NCBI GenBank assembly: GCA_963801605.1 | Contig: CAWDFP010000006.1 | Coordinates: 1,664,879-1,728,878, forward strand | Direction of reading: 5' to 3' | Length of the DNA stretch: 64,000 bases | From: an uncultured candidate division Zixibacteria bacterium | GTDB taxonomy: Bacteria; Zixibacteria; MSB-5A5; UBA10806 | Shown here: one piece after another, positions 18,402 through 28,248 of the stretch | How the letters are laid out: each line of letters opens with the position of its first letter | Position numbering within the stretch: the first letter of the stretch is position 1 | Notes under the pieces: model-generated | Seen by the model: only the letters and a program-made list of their open reading frames with translations | Databases searched by the model: none | Told to the model about the DNA's origin: nothing | Translations under genes and position numbers: made by a program

Positions 18402-19440
18402 TTTAATATATGAGATCGAAGGAGTGATCCATATTCATTCCAACTACTCCGATGGCTCCAAAGATATCGGGGAGATCGCCAAAATCGGGGAATTGGCAGG
18501 ACTGGATTTCCTGATGTTTTCCGATCACATGACCCTCAAACCATTGCGCGATGGCCTGGAACGGTTCCACGACAAGATTGCCGTTATAATCGGATATGAA
18601 ATTGAAGACGCCAAAAACCAAAACCATTATCTGGCGTTCGGATTAGAAAATGAACTTTCGCCTGAGCTTTCCGCCAGAGATTACGTAGCCGCAGTTAAGG
18701 CCGCCGGGGGACTTGGTATTATTGCTCACCCCGATGAAGTCAGAAATGCCATTCCCGAATACCCCAGCTATCCCTGGACAGATTGGGAGACCGAGGAGTT
18801 TGACGGAATCGAGATTTGGAACCACATGTCAGCCTGGATGGAACTGCTCAGACGACGGAATATGCTGAAATTAATCTTTACACCCAGGCGCGGCCTGATT
18901 GGACCAACGTCGCGAGTCCTTAAAAAATGGGATGAACTTTCTGCCGGGCGTCCCGTAGCCGGAATCGGCTCGGCGGACGTTCATGCTCATGCTTATCGCA
19001 AAGGCCCAATAAGATTAATCATATTTCCCTATAAGGTTCAGCTTCGATCTATCCGAACCCATCTCTTACTTTCATCGCCGCTTTCAGGCGATATAGCGAT
19101 AGCCAAAACTCAGATTCTCGATGCTATCAGAAATTGCCGGGCATTCGTTTCGAATTTTCGCTGGGGTGATGCCCGAGGATTCAGATTCTTCGCCCGCGAC
19201 AAGCAGCGAAGTTATCAGATGGGGGAGAGGATACCGTTTGGCTCCGATCTTAAAATGATAATGAAGGCGCCAATGGAGGCCCAGATACGGATTATCAGAG
19301 ACGGGCAGCTATATAATAGCTATTTCCGTAATTCATTGGAGCTAAATATCGAATCTCCGGGACTCTACCGATTGGAACTGTATAAAGACAATCGTGGTTG
19401 GATATATTCGAATCATTTGAGAGTTTACCCAAAAGGATAA
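18391..19440 (+). CDS. PHP-domain (CehA/McbA-like) metallohydrolase
   Basis: N-terminal HIHSNYSDGS motif, later HPDE and SADVHAH histidine clusters. Confidence 0.7.
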   Translation: MPDDLIYEIEGVIHIHSNYSDGSKDIGEIAKIGELAGLDFLMFSDHMTLKPLRDGLERFHDKIAVIIGYEIEDAKNQNHYLAFGLENELSPELSARDYVAAVKAAGGLGIIAHPDEVRNAIPEYPSYPWTDWETEEFDGIEIWNHMSAWMELLRRRNMLKLIFTPRRGLIGPTSRVLKKWDELSAGRPVAGIGSADVHAHAYRKGPIRLIIFPYKVQLRSIRTHLLLSSPLSGDIAIAKTQILDAIRNCRAFVSNFRWGDARGFRFFARDKQRSYQMGERIPFGSDLKMIMKAPMEAQIRIIRDGQLYNSYFRNSLELNIESPGLYRLELYKDNRGWIYSNHLRVYPKG

Positions 19441-19683
19441 GGGTGAAACAATTACTCAGGTAGAGGGGGGCTAGAACTACCCAAGTTACGAGGTTTCACC
19501 CTTAAGCCTATCGATAGATATTATTTATTCCCAAAATTGTCAAGCTTTTATTCGGCAAAAAAATCGTATTTTTCGACAAATATCGGAAAATAAAAAAAAT
19601 AATATATGAATTTAAATTGATATAATCAGTGTAAACGATAAACGTGTTATGTATCACGCTATCAGGCGAATCAGAATCAAACG

Positions 19684-19884
19684 CTATAATAGAAAGTCGA
19701 TTATATGACGCCGACAATCCCTGTTATGGCTGGCATCGGAAAGATTAGGAGTCAGCGTACTTTGGGACTTTATCAAAGCTTCCGCGATAATGGTCATCTG
19801 CGCGGACTGGCTTCGTTTTTGTTCTTTGGCCGCCCGATCGAGTTGTCTGAAACTTGTAAGGTCTCTGGTGCTTGGTATTTTCAT
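19684..19884 (-). CDS. ribbon-helix-helix (CopG/Arc-like) small regulator
   Basis: GGAGGG lies 4 nt upstream of the ATG on the minus strand. MKIPSTRDLTSFRQLDRAAKEQKRSQSAQMTIIAEALIK fits a strand-helix-(RSxS)-helix pattern. Divergent from the sensor kinase gene. Confidence 0.45.
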   Translation of the reverse strand: MKIPSTRDLTSFRQLDRAAKEQKRSQSAQMTIIAEALIKSQSTLTPNLSDASHNRDCRRHIIDFLL

Positions 19885-19978
19885 TTATCCCTCCATAAAG
19901 TATATCGGCAGCATAAATCATCTACCTTAAGGGCTTTCTCAGGTTGACATAATCGTTGGATTGTTCGATATTTATTAT

Positions 19979-21979
19979 ATGGAAATTGATCAAAGGCCAT
20001 CATTTAAGTCGGGATTCCGGTTGCGGCATGCCGTGGCACTATTGATTTGTCTGGGAATTATCCTGATGCTGGCCGGCTATTTTTCGGTATCTGCGGGTCA
20101 ACGCGCCTCATTAGAGGCTATTAAATCGCAGGGACGGGCGCTGACGGAAACGTTGATCTCCTCCGCGCAAATGGTAATCGAATCCGACGACGCTATCACC
20201 AGGCTGGCGATCAACAGGTTGATCGATATTGAAGATAGATTTGATATTGCCAAAGGATTTAAAATCGATTCAACACTGGAGGAGTGGGCGCGTAATTTCG
20301 ATGCCGACAAGGTGAGCTTGATAGTTAATCGCAAGGTCAGGTCATCGTCGGTAACGCGCGTAAATTTCCTCGAAAATGATACAATCGAGGCCTGGCTTGA
20401 TTCGCTGCAAATCGATCCCGATGATGAAATAATTTACGATTTTCACACGTTTGGGACTGACCGTTACTTATGGGGATATTTTCCCGCCAGCGATACCAGC
20501 GGCGTCTTTGCCGCTATCAATTGGAAATACGGCCAATACGGAAATCAAAATCTGAGCCTCTACTATCTCTTAAATCAGGTCGGCCAGGAATCTGGTATCG
20601 AATATATAATGCTGCAAAATCAGGACGGTATCGTTTTTGCATCCAAGAAGGTTGCCACAATGACCAAGCTATCCGATGATCCTTTCCTGGTGGCCTCGAT
20701 GCAAAGTGATACCACCCGAAGCCGTCTGCTGACATTTCAGGACAGGGAGGTTCTGGAAACTGTTAAGACTTTCAAATCGACCGAATTCGAGGGGCTTTTC
20801 CGGGTTGGTTTATCTCTTTATGGTTACAGGCAAATTGCCCACGGCGTTAAACGTCAGGTCTGGTTAGCAGTACTGGCGCTCATCATTATAGGGATGCTGG
20901 CATTTGGCATAATCACCGGTTTCCAGAATGTCGAAATGCTGAAATCCGGGCTTGAAAAAGCGCGAGTCATTTCACAAAGTTTGCTTGATTCAATTCCCGG
21001 TCCGGTCATAGCTGTTGACGCTCGAATGCAAATCACGGATATAAATTCTTTGGCTAAAAATCATTTGGGCTTGTCATCCGCGGCGGTCGGCAATATGGAT
21101 TATATCAAAGCATTTCCCGACGATCCCTTTCAATTCGAGCAAGTGATGAAAACTCAGCGAAGCGCTTCGTTCGAAAAAGCAATGGGGGAGGAGCGCCGCA
21201 AGTATTTTATTACAACCACTCCGCTGATCGGTTTCGACGGTATTTCAATCGGGGCAATCTCAATCGCCCAGGATATAACCGAATCGCGCAAGCTGGAAGC
21301 TGAAGCGGAGTCTCGACGCCGACTCTCAGAACTTGGCGCCCTGGCAGCCTCGATGGCCCATGAAATCAGGAATCCGCTCAATGCGATCGGACTGACCATT
21401 CAGAGAATGAAAAATGAGATCAAACCGGCCGGATCGGAAGCTGAGTATCTCAAATTTATCGATGGCCTGAGGTCCGAAATAAAACGATTGAATGAAATCA
21501 TCGAAAAATTCTTAGCCGTAGCAAGATCGGTTCGTCCCGCCTTGGCGCCGGTAAAAATTGCAGAGCTGATTCAAAATGTGGCTGAGTTATTCGCCAGCCA
21601 GGCGCAGGCGCAAAAAATCAAACTGACCCATGAAGCGCCAAACGATCTAGTTGTCGATGGTGATAAGGCAGCTTTGACTCAGGCGCTGGTAAACGTGGTT
21701 AAAAATAGTTTGGAGGCTGTGAGCGTTGGCGGCGAGATCAGTATCAAAGGAACAGAATCGAATGGCAAGATACATATTTCCGTAACAGATAATGGCCCGG
21801 GCATCACCGACCCCAGCCTGGCTCAAAAGCCATTTTACACGACCAAAAAGGATGGCACCGGGCTCGGGTTGTCAACGACGTCGAAGATCATGGCGGATCA
21901 TGGGGGAGAGTTGCTGATTGATTCGCCTCCCGGTAAAGGCGCGCGAATAGATCTCATATTGCCCAAAAGAAAACCATGA
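19979..21979 (+). CDS. sensor histidine kinase (two TM helices, periplasmic domain, PAS, HisKA, HATPase)
   Basis: H-box SMAHEIRNPLNAI, N-box VVKNSLEA, G-boxes DNGPGI and GTGLGLS. ATG at 19979; the listed ORF begins at TTG 19961. Confidence 0.9.
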   Translation: MEIDQRPSFKSGFRLRHAVALLICLGIILMLAGYFSVSAGQRASLEAIKSQGRALTETLISSAQMVIESDDAITRLAINRLIDIEDRFDIAKGFKIDSTLEEWARNFDADKVSLIVNRKVRSSSVTRVNFLENDTIEAWLDSLQIDPDDEIIYDFHTFGTDRYLWGYFPASDTSGVFAAINWKYGQYGNQNLSLYYLLNQVGQESGIEYIMLQNQDGIVFASKKVATMTKLSDDPFLVASMQSDTTRSRLLTFQDREVLETVKTFKSTEFEGLFRVGLSLYGYRQIAHGVKRQVWLAVLALIIIGMLAFGIITGFQNVEMLKSGLEKARVISQSLLDSIPGPVIAVDARMQITDINSLAKNHLGLSSAAVGNMDYIKAFPDDPFQFEQVMKTQRSASFEKAMGEERRKYFITTTPLIGFDGISIGAISIAQDITESRKLEAEAESRRRLSELGALAASMAHEIRNPLNAIGLTIQRMKNEIKPAGSEAEYLKFIDGLRSEIKRLNEIIEKFLAVARSVRPALAPVKIAELIQNVAELFASQAQAQKIKLTHEAPNDLVVDGDKAALTQALVNVVKNSLEAVSVGGEISIKGTESNGKIHISVTDNGPGITDPSLAQKPFYTTKKDGTGLGLSTTSKIMADHGGELLIDSPPGKGARIDLILPKRKP

Positions 21980-23314
21980 GAATACTTGTAATAGATGATG
22001 AAGCCTCCCAGCGCGAGCTTCTGGCCGGCCATCTGGAACGTCAAGGCCACGTGGTGCAGACCGCCGGTGATGGCGAGGCCGGATTAACTCTCCTGCACGA
22101 CTCCGGAGCTGAGGCGGCGTTGGTCGATATGCGCATGCCGCGTATGGACGGTTTGACTTTCATCAAACGCAGTCTCGAAACCAATCCCGACCTGGCCGTT
22201 GTAGTCATGACCGCCTACGGTACTGTGGAATCTGCTGTGGAGGCCATGAAAGCCGGCGCGTTCGATTATCTCTTAAAGCCTATCGATCTTGAGCATGTTG
22301 GGGTTATCCTGGCAAAAATCGAAACCAATCAAAAACTTATTTCCGAAAATCGCTATCTTAAACGCAAACTCGAGCAAATGTGATGATTTCAAAGATATCA
22401 TCGGGCGTTCCAATGGTATAAAAAAAGTCCTATCGGATGTCTCCCGCATCGCGCGTTCGGATGCCACGGTATTAATTAGAGGCGAATCCGGTACCGGCAA
22501 GGAGCTTGTTGCCAGAGCTATTCATCAAGCTTCGCCGCGCGCGACCGGACCTTTTTTGGCGGTCAACTGCACATCACTGCCTGAGACCCTTTTAGAATCG
22601 GAGTTATTCGGGCATGAGCGCGGGGCATTTACAGGGGCGTCGGCGCGGCATTTGGGACGATTCGAATTGGCCGATCACGGTACTATCTTTCTCGATGAAA
22701 TCGGCGATATTTCTCTTTCAATACAGGCCAAGCTTCTGCGCGTTCTAGAAACCAAGACGTTTCAGCGTCTCGGAGGCGAGAAGGATATCAAGGTTGATAT
22801 CCGCGTACTCACCGCCACCAACCGCAATCTCGAGGCCAAAGTTAAGGATGGCAGTTTTCGCGAGGATCTGTTTTACCGTCTCAATGTCATTCCCGTTACA
22901 ATTCCGCCGCTTCGCGAGAGAGTTGATGATATCCTTCCTCTGATCGAATTCTTTATCGAAAAGTACAATCGCAAAAATAACAAGGCGGTACGTGGCGTAA
23001 CGCCTCAGGCTAAAGACCTGCTCCTTCGTCACTCCTGGCCGGGCAATGTGCGCGAATTGGAGAATCTGATCGAGCGGGCCATTGTCCTTTCAGGCGGCGA
23101 TGTTATCGATGTCGCCGATATCGATCCTTTTATTCAGGATCGCGATAGTGAGTCCGCCAATTTCGGAAATCTTACTCTTGACGAGATCGAAAAACGCGCT
23201 ATTATCGAAGCCCTCAAGCGCACCGGCGGGAGTTTGATTGAAGCTTCCGAGTTATTAGGCATCCACCGCAATACGCTGAGGATGAAGATACAAAAATACG
23301 CGATAACTCTTTAG
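21976..23314 (+). CDS. sigma-54-dependent response regulator (NtrC family), frame broken once (possible assembly indel)
   Basis: Receiver ([11 protein letters not shown]), AAA+ domain ([28 protein letters not shown]) and Fis-type HTH ([16 protein letters not shown]). Split between listed ORFs 21976..22383 and 22289..23314. The frames rejoin as ...[17 protein letters not shown]... if one A of the run at 22376-22378 is removed. Confidence 0.9.
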
Positions 23315-23474
23315 CGGTTTAGATCCCACCAACAAATCCATTAATAATTTCTTTCATTTATTTTATAAACCATATTATATTAGCCCAGTAGCTTTTGGTT
23401 TTATTAGTAACTGGGATAATAGGGAAGACTTGTAATTAATTGTTCGTTAGTTTGTCTTTTACCTGGAGGAAAGG

Positions 23475-24851
23475 ATGAAGCGAATAATTTTTGTATATGG
23501 TTTGATATCTATTTCTTTTTGTAACGCATTTGCCCAAAATCCACTTTTTGAAAATGCCGTCAATTATGATTGCGGTATCCAGCCCGTATCGGTCTGCGCT
23601 TCGGATCTTGATAACGATGGCGACCTGGATCTTGCGGTGGCAAACTGGGCCGATAGTGGCACTGTCTCAATTTTAATGAATAATGGTAATGCCACCTTTC
23701 AGGCCTCGGTCAGCTACTCCGCAGGCTTTCTTCCCGTTGCTGTAGTCAGCGCCGATTTTAATGGGGATAATTATAATGATCTGGCGGTATCTAATAACGC
23801 GGGTATAGCAATTCTCACAAATAATGGTGATGGCACATTTCCAGATACTGCCAGATATTTTATAAATAGCCCGTCATCTTGCCTCACCGCCAAGGATCTT
23901 GATGGTGATGGGGATATCGATCTGGCAGTGGGATTGAGCTCCACCAGTATGCTTACCATTCTAATCAACGATGGCACCGGCAATTTTCAAATGGGAGAAA
24001 GCTATTATATGGATTATTCTCCCGTTCGCATTACTGCGGTAGATCTTAATGCTGATAACGATAATGATTTGGCCGTTGTTACCTATGGTTGGGTGGCCAT
24101 TTTTCTTAATAATGGTGATGGCACATTTCAACCGGACACGAATCATATAAGTTCGGACCCGGTATCAGTCGCGGCGGCGGATCTTGATGGTGATAGTGAT
24201 CAGGATCTCGCCATCGCCAGTTATGGAGGCCCGATAAGGGTTTATTGGAATGCAGGTAATGGAACGTTCGATGACCCCAGTTATTTCGATGTATATAGCA
24301 CATTATACTCAATTATCGCGATCCCATTGGATGATGATGATGACTATGATATAATAACCACTTGTCCTGACTCCAGAAAGGTATCATTGCTGAGAAATAA
24401 CGAAGATAGGACTTTTCAATTTCATGTCGATTACCCCGTGGAGGGCACTCCCTGTTCGGTTTTTGCGGCCGATTTTGACGGAGATGGAGATAACGATCTG
24501 GCGGTTGCGGCATTGTATCATGTTTCAATATTATTAAATAGAACTATAATTTATGATGCCGTAGAGGACGACAGTGAACAAATGCCAGGAGAAGTTGGAC
24601 TTTCCCAAAACTATCCCAACCCCTTTAACGCTCAGACAACAATCCGCTATTATTTACCTGATCCATCAGCGGTCTTAATCGAAATTTTCAACCTTGCAGG
24701 TCAAAAGATCGAAACGCCTGTCGCGGGCACAAAACCCGCCGGCGACAACCAGGTGGTTTGGGATGCCAGCGCACAATCTTCGGGGATTTATTTCTACAGA
24801 ATCAAGGCCGGTGATAAGGTTGAAATCAAGAAGATGGAGTTGGTAAAGTAA
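23475..24851 (+). CDS. FG-GAP/VCBS-repeat protein with T9SS-type C-terminal sorting domain
   Basis: Signal peptide, then about seven repeats of DLDxDGDxDLAV...NNG(D/N)GTFQ. C-terminus LSQNYPNPFNAQTTIRYYLP...SGIYFYRIKAGDKVEIKKMELVK. Confidence 0.85.
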   Translation: MKRIIFVYGLISISFCNAFAQNPLFENAVNYDCGIQPVSVCASDLDNDGDLDLAVANWADSGTVSILMNNGNATFQASVSYSAGFLPVAVVSADFNGDNYNDLAVSNNAGIAILTNNGDGTFPDTARYFINSPSSCLTAKDLDGDGDIDLAVGLSSTSMLTILINDGTGNFQMGESYYMDYSPVRITAVDLNADNDNDLAVVTYGWVAIFLNNGDGTFQPDTNHISSDPVSVAAADLDGDSDQDLAIASYGGPIRVYWNAGNGTFDDPSYFDVYSTLYSIIAIPLDDDDDYDIITTCPDSRKVSLLRNNEDRTFQFHVDYPVEGTPCSVFAADFDGDGDNDLAVAALYHVSILLNRTIIYDAVEDDSEQMPGEVGLSQNYPNPFNAQTTIRYYLPDPSAVLIEIFNLAGQKIETPVAGTKPAGDNQVVWDASAQSSGIYFYRIKAGDKVEIKKMELVK

Positions 24852-24894
24852 TAATTCCAGCACTCAGGTCGCAGGCGACCTGAGCTACGAATAT

Positions 24895-24948
24895 GGCATC
24901 CACCGCAATACGCTTCGGATGAAAATACAAAAATATCAAATTACATGA
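24895..24948 (+). pseudogene. relic 3' end of a sigma-54 activator gene (HTH tail fragment)
   Basis: GGCATCCACCGCAATACGCTTCGGATGAAAATACAAAAATATCAAATTACATGA encodes [17 protein letters not shown]-stop. It aligns almost base for base with 23258-23314, the 3' end of the intact regulator. Confidence 0.6.
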
Positions 24949-25081
24949 TGATGTTACGTCGGATACTCTAACCCGTTACCTGCAAGTTTTAAATATATCA
25001 AAAGATTTCATAGTAAATTCCGATAGATAGTCATAGATACGTCATTAAAGCGTAGACGATTAATATAGCATCGGAGGATAT

Positions 25082-26332
25082 ATGCGTAATTCTTCAAAGC
25101 AATTAAAGATATTCCTTCCCTTAGCGCTCATGATTATTTGTTTTAGCGTGACCGCTGTCGCACAGGATATCGAATTAGCAGGCAGCTATGCTACGCCGCA
25201 TTATGCGCGTAACGTAGCTGTTTCCGACAATCTCTGCTATGTAGCCAACGATTCTGCCGGCCTTCTTATCTTGAATGTATCCAATCCGGCCAGCCCGACG
25301 CTTCAAGGAAGTTACGATACTCCCGGATCTACACAAGGGCTTTTCGTTTGCGGCAGCTATGCCTATCTGGCCGATTACTCAACCGGACTTCAGATAATCA
25401 ATATATCCAATCCCTCAAGTCCGACATTTACTGGAAGCTATGATACACCGGGGTATGCGAATAAAGTTTTCGTATCCGGCCCTTATGCTTATGTGGCCGA
25501 TTTTAATACGGGGCTTCAGATTATCAATATCACCAATCCGGCCAGTCCCACCCGAATTGGAAGATATGATACGCCCGGGTATGCGATGGGTGTCTATGTA
25601 TCCGGCGCATACGCCTATGTCGCGGATGCAACAGCAGGGTTGCAGATAATCAATGTTTCCAATCCGGCAGTTCCGACAATTGCGGGTGCGTATACAACAC
25701 CTGATATCGCATACGATGTTTTCATCCAAGGCGATTATGCTTATGTGGCAGATAATTATGCCGGCGTTCAGATAATTAATGTATCCAATCCGACCAATCC
25801 CACGTTTACAGCAAGCTACGCAATCCCCGCCAACGCCTATGATGTCTTCATATCAAATAATTATGCCTATATTTCAACGTCTGACCACGGTCTTCAAATA
25901 GCAAACATTTCTGTGCCAGCTAATCCGGTGTTTGCAGCCGGCTATATTACGAATGGGATTTCATGGAATGTATTCGTTGCGGGCAATTACTGTTATGTGG
26001 CTGATCATTCTTCAATTGTTATTCTTTATTTCTATGCCACCGGCATCGATGATGATAATTCCATGCCAAACCAGTTTGCCCTCTCCCAAAACTACCCCAA
26101 CCCATTCAATGCCCAGACTACGATTAGCTACTCTCTGCCAAAGCAATCAACAGTCTCAATCGACATCTTTGATATCCTTGGCCGCAAGATAGAAACTATC
26201 GCCGAGGGGATTGAGCCGGCAGGAGATCATCAGACGATATGGGATGCCAGCGGTCAGTCATCGGGCATATATTTCTACAAAATAAAGGCTGATGATAAAG
26301 TTGAGACGAACAAGATGGTGTTGATGAAGTAA
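25082..26332 (+). CDS. LVIVD-repeat protein with T9SS-type C-terminal sorting domain
   Basis: Eight or so repeats (G(S/P)YAYVAD...GLQIINISNP(A/S)SPT). C-terminus LSQNYPNPFNAQTTISYSLP...SGIYFYKIKADDKVETNKMVLMK. Confidence 0.85.
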   Translation: MRNSSKQLKIFLPLALMIICFSVTAVAQDIELAGSYATPHYARNVAVSDNLCYVANDSAGLLILNVSNPASPTLQGSYDTPGSTQGLFVCGSYAYLADYSTGLQIINISNPSSPTFTGSYDTPGYANKVFVSGPYAYVADFNTGLQIINITNPASPTRIGRYDTPGYAMGVYVSGAYAYVADATAGLQIINVSNPAVPTIAGAYTTPDIAYDVFIQGDYAYVADNYAGVQIINVSNPTNPTFTASYAIPANAYDVFISNNYAYISTSDHGLQIANISVPANPVFAAGYITNGISWNVFVAGNYCYVADHSSIVILYFYATGIDDDNSMPNQFALSQNYPNPFNAQTTISYSLPKQSTVSIDIFDILGRKIETIAEGIEPAGDHQTIWDASGQSSGIYFYKIKADDKVETNKMVLMK

Positions 26333-26334
26333 TT

Positions 26335-26379
26335 TATGCCTCAGGATATCGCGACAAGACGCTTCCATTCTGAGGCATA
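26335..26379. repeat. REP-like palindromic hairpin, copy 3 (longer loop)
   Basis: TATGCCTCAG...CTGAGGCATA with loop sharing TCG...GCTTCCA with copies 1 and 2; directly after the stop at 26332. Confidence 0.55.
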
Positions 26380-26461
26380 TAAATAACCTGCGGAATGATT
26401 ATCCCAAATAGGTTCTTATGGGATATCAATTACGATCTTTATCAATAAGGGAGGTTAAATT

Positions 26462-26695
26462 ATGTGTTTTCTATTCTCACTTTTTCCGGCGACTATTTGG
26501 TACACAGTCGGTTATTTTGTACTATACTCTGCCTACAGGACTGACGATCGCCTAAAGCGATGTGGTCAAATCCTCGCCATTTGGATTTTCATACTTGCCA
26601 CCCTAATACCAATTTGCGGATTATATTTAACATTTTCAGGAAATTGCCCCCTGGGCCATATATTTAGCTTAATTGGGGGATTGATTAATAAATAA
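26462..26695 (+). CDS. small two-helix membrane protein
   Basis: Strong RBS (AAGGGAGG, 7 nt before the ATG); 77 aa with two hydrophobic helices. Confidence 0.55.
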   Translation: MCFLFSLFPATIWYTVGYFVLYSAYRTDDRLKRCGQILAIWIFILATLIPICGLYLTFSGNCPLGHIFSLIGGLINK

Positions 26696-26841
26696 TCTAA
26701 CCAGTTATTATTAATTAGGTATTTTGACAGGACCCCTCAGGCTTTTGACTAATAACAAAATGTAACCGGATACCCCCATAGTCCCATGTTTTGGCCCCCG
26801 CTCCCATCATTTAAGACGGCGCACCAATCCCTTTCCTCTAC

Positions 26842-26856
26842 GCACAATAATTGTGC
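26842..26856. promoter_or_regulatory. 15-bp perfect palindrome, candidate enhancer-binding-protein site
   Basis: GCACAAT-A-ATTGTGC, about 75 nt upstream of the -24 element at 26930. Confidence 0.3.
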
Positions 26857-26929
26857 ATTGGGGCGAAACAATATCCTAGTTCTAAAGTATAAGTTGTTAT
26901 AAAACAATATCTTGCATGTTCAGATTGTT

Positions 26930-26945
26930 TGGCATGATCTTTGTA
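26930..26945 (+). promoter_or_regulatory. sigma-54 (-24/-12) promoter candidate
   Basis: TGGCAT-GATCT-TTGTA versus consensus TGGCAC-N5-TTGCW. Spacing is correct but the -12 element is GT instead of GC. About 30 nt before the ATG at 26974. Confidence 0.4.
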
Positions 26946-26973
26946 TAGTTATTGGACGGAGATTATAGGAGGA

Positions 26974-27867
26974 ATGATGAACTTAGGTAGAAATTCAAAA
27001 AGCAAATGGATGGCGATGGGGGTATTTTTTGCCGCTATCGTGGCCTTAACGTTTACCGGATGTGATGTACACGAACATGGCGATCACTTTTATCCAAACG
27101 ATCAACAGCCGCCTCCGGTGCCAACCGGATTAACATCCACAACCATGGATCAAGCGGTTCTACTTACGTGGAATCCGGTCCGGATGGACCCCAATTTTGA
27201 CGATCTGGCTGGCTACAGGCTTTATAGAAGCAATGATAATTATACCTTCAGGCATATTGCCACGCTGAACCCTTCGGATTTGGAATATACCGACACCGGG
27301 CTGATAAACGGGCAAACTTATTATTATGCTATTTCATCATTTGATGATCATGGCAACGAATCGGAGCTTTCGAGCGAGAACGTATTTGATACTCCTCGTC
27401 CCGAGGGATTCGATGTTCGTATCTATAGTTATTTAGATCCTGTAAACTCGCACCTTTCCGGATTCGATTTTCCTGATCAGAGCCGTTTGCCCTGGAGCAG
27501 TCCGGCCTGCGATTTCTTCATGGAATATGACACCAGCCGCACGGTCCAGGCCTTTTTCATCTGGCTGGGTCATAACGGTTACCGCATTCAGGATATGGGC
27601 TATACCAGCAGTTTCGATGAAATCACTTTCGCGCCCGAAACCGGCTGGTCACAATTCGATTATGTGGAGGCGATTGCAGGACACACTTACGTAATCCTGA
27701 CGACCGATAACCATTACGCCAAAGTGCGGGTAACATCTTTATCGTATGATCCCACATTCAGCATGGTATTCGATTGGGGCTACCAGGTGGCAGTTGGTAA
27801 CCGCGAGCTTAAGATCACTCCAAGCGGCGGTGTTGCCGGCACTCCGAAAGGTATAGAGGTGCAGTGA
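26974..27867 (+). CDS. FN3-domain lipoprotein
   Basis: AGGAGG RBS then MMNLGRNSKSKWMAMGVFFAAIVALTFTGC (lipobox). FN3 pattern PVPTGLTSTT...LLTWNPV...YRLYRS...YTDTGLINGQTYYYAISSFDDHGNES. Confidence 0.8.
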   Translation: MMNLGRNSKSKWMAMGVFFAAIVALTFTGCDVHEHGDHFYPNDQQPPPVPTGLTSTTMDQAVLLTWNPVRMDPNFDDLAGYRLYRSNDNYTFRHIATLNPSDLEYTDTGLINGQTYYYAISSFDDHGNESELSSENVFDTPRPEGFDVRIYSYLDPVNSHLSGFDFPDQSRLPWSSPACDFFMEYDTSRTVQAFFIWLGHNGYRIQDMGYTSSFDEITFAPETGWSQFDYVEAIAGHTYVILTTDNHYAKVRVTSLSYDPTFSMVFDWGYQVAVGNRELKITPSGGVAGTPKGIEVQ

Positions 27868-28202
27868 TGAAACGGGCGCTAATTGGAGCCATCCTGCTGG
27901 CAGGATCGACAATATTTGCCGGATGCGGTTTCGTATTCGTGGCACGCAGCCAACCGTCCGCCTACCGTTCTGCCCCGGCCTACTGCTCCGATTGCCATTA
28001 CATCGGCGCCGGCTATACCGCTCATCGTCAATGCGGCCATTATGAAATCAAAGTAGCCCATGGCGGTTATTATTATCGTCCCTATGGACACGCTAAACAT
28101 AATGAGTTTAGATTTGTTAAATTTAACGGATCGGATCACAGAACCGAAAACCGATCCGATAGAAATTATGAGCCTGAGAAAGGCACAAGAGCAAGACGCT
28201 AA
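27864..28202 (+). CDS. small lipoprotein with a single CXXCH motif
   Basis: MMKRALIGAILLAGSTIFAGCGF lipobox, CSDCH at 27984-27998, His/Tyr/Arg-rich remainder. ATGA overlap with the upstream gene. Confidence 0.6.
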   Translation: MMKRALIGAILLAGSTIFAGCGFVFVARSQPSAYRSAPAYCSDCHYIGAGYTAHRQCGHYEIKVAHGGYYYRPYGHAKHNEFRFVKFNGSDHRTENRSDRNYEPEKGTRARR

Positions 28203-28248
28203 CGAGGCTGGGCCTCAGGCGTTCTACTGCGAAAGGCGGTGGATTAAA

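Noticed and set aside
19441-19501. Long-range stem GGGTGAAAC...GTTTCACCC enclosing 43 nt right after the PHP gene stop, considered as a riboswitch or sRNA
   Set aside because: It is a single occurrence with no recognisable riboswitch core and no U-tract. It may simply be a transcript-stabilising hairpin, and the evidence is not enough to call a feature.
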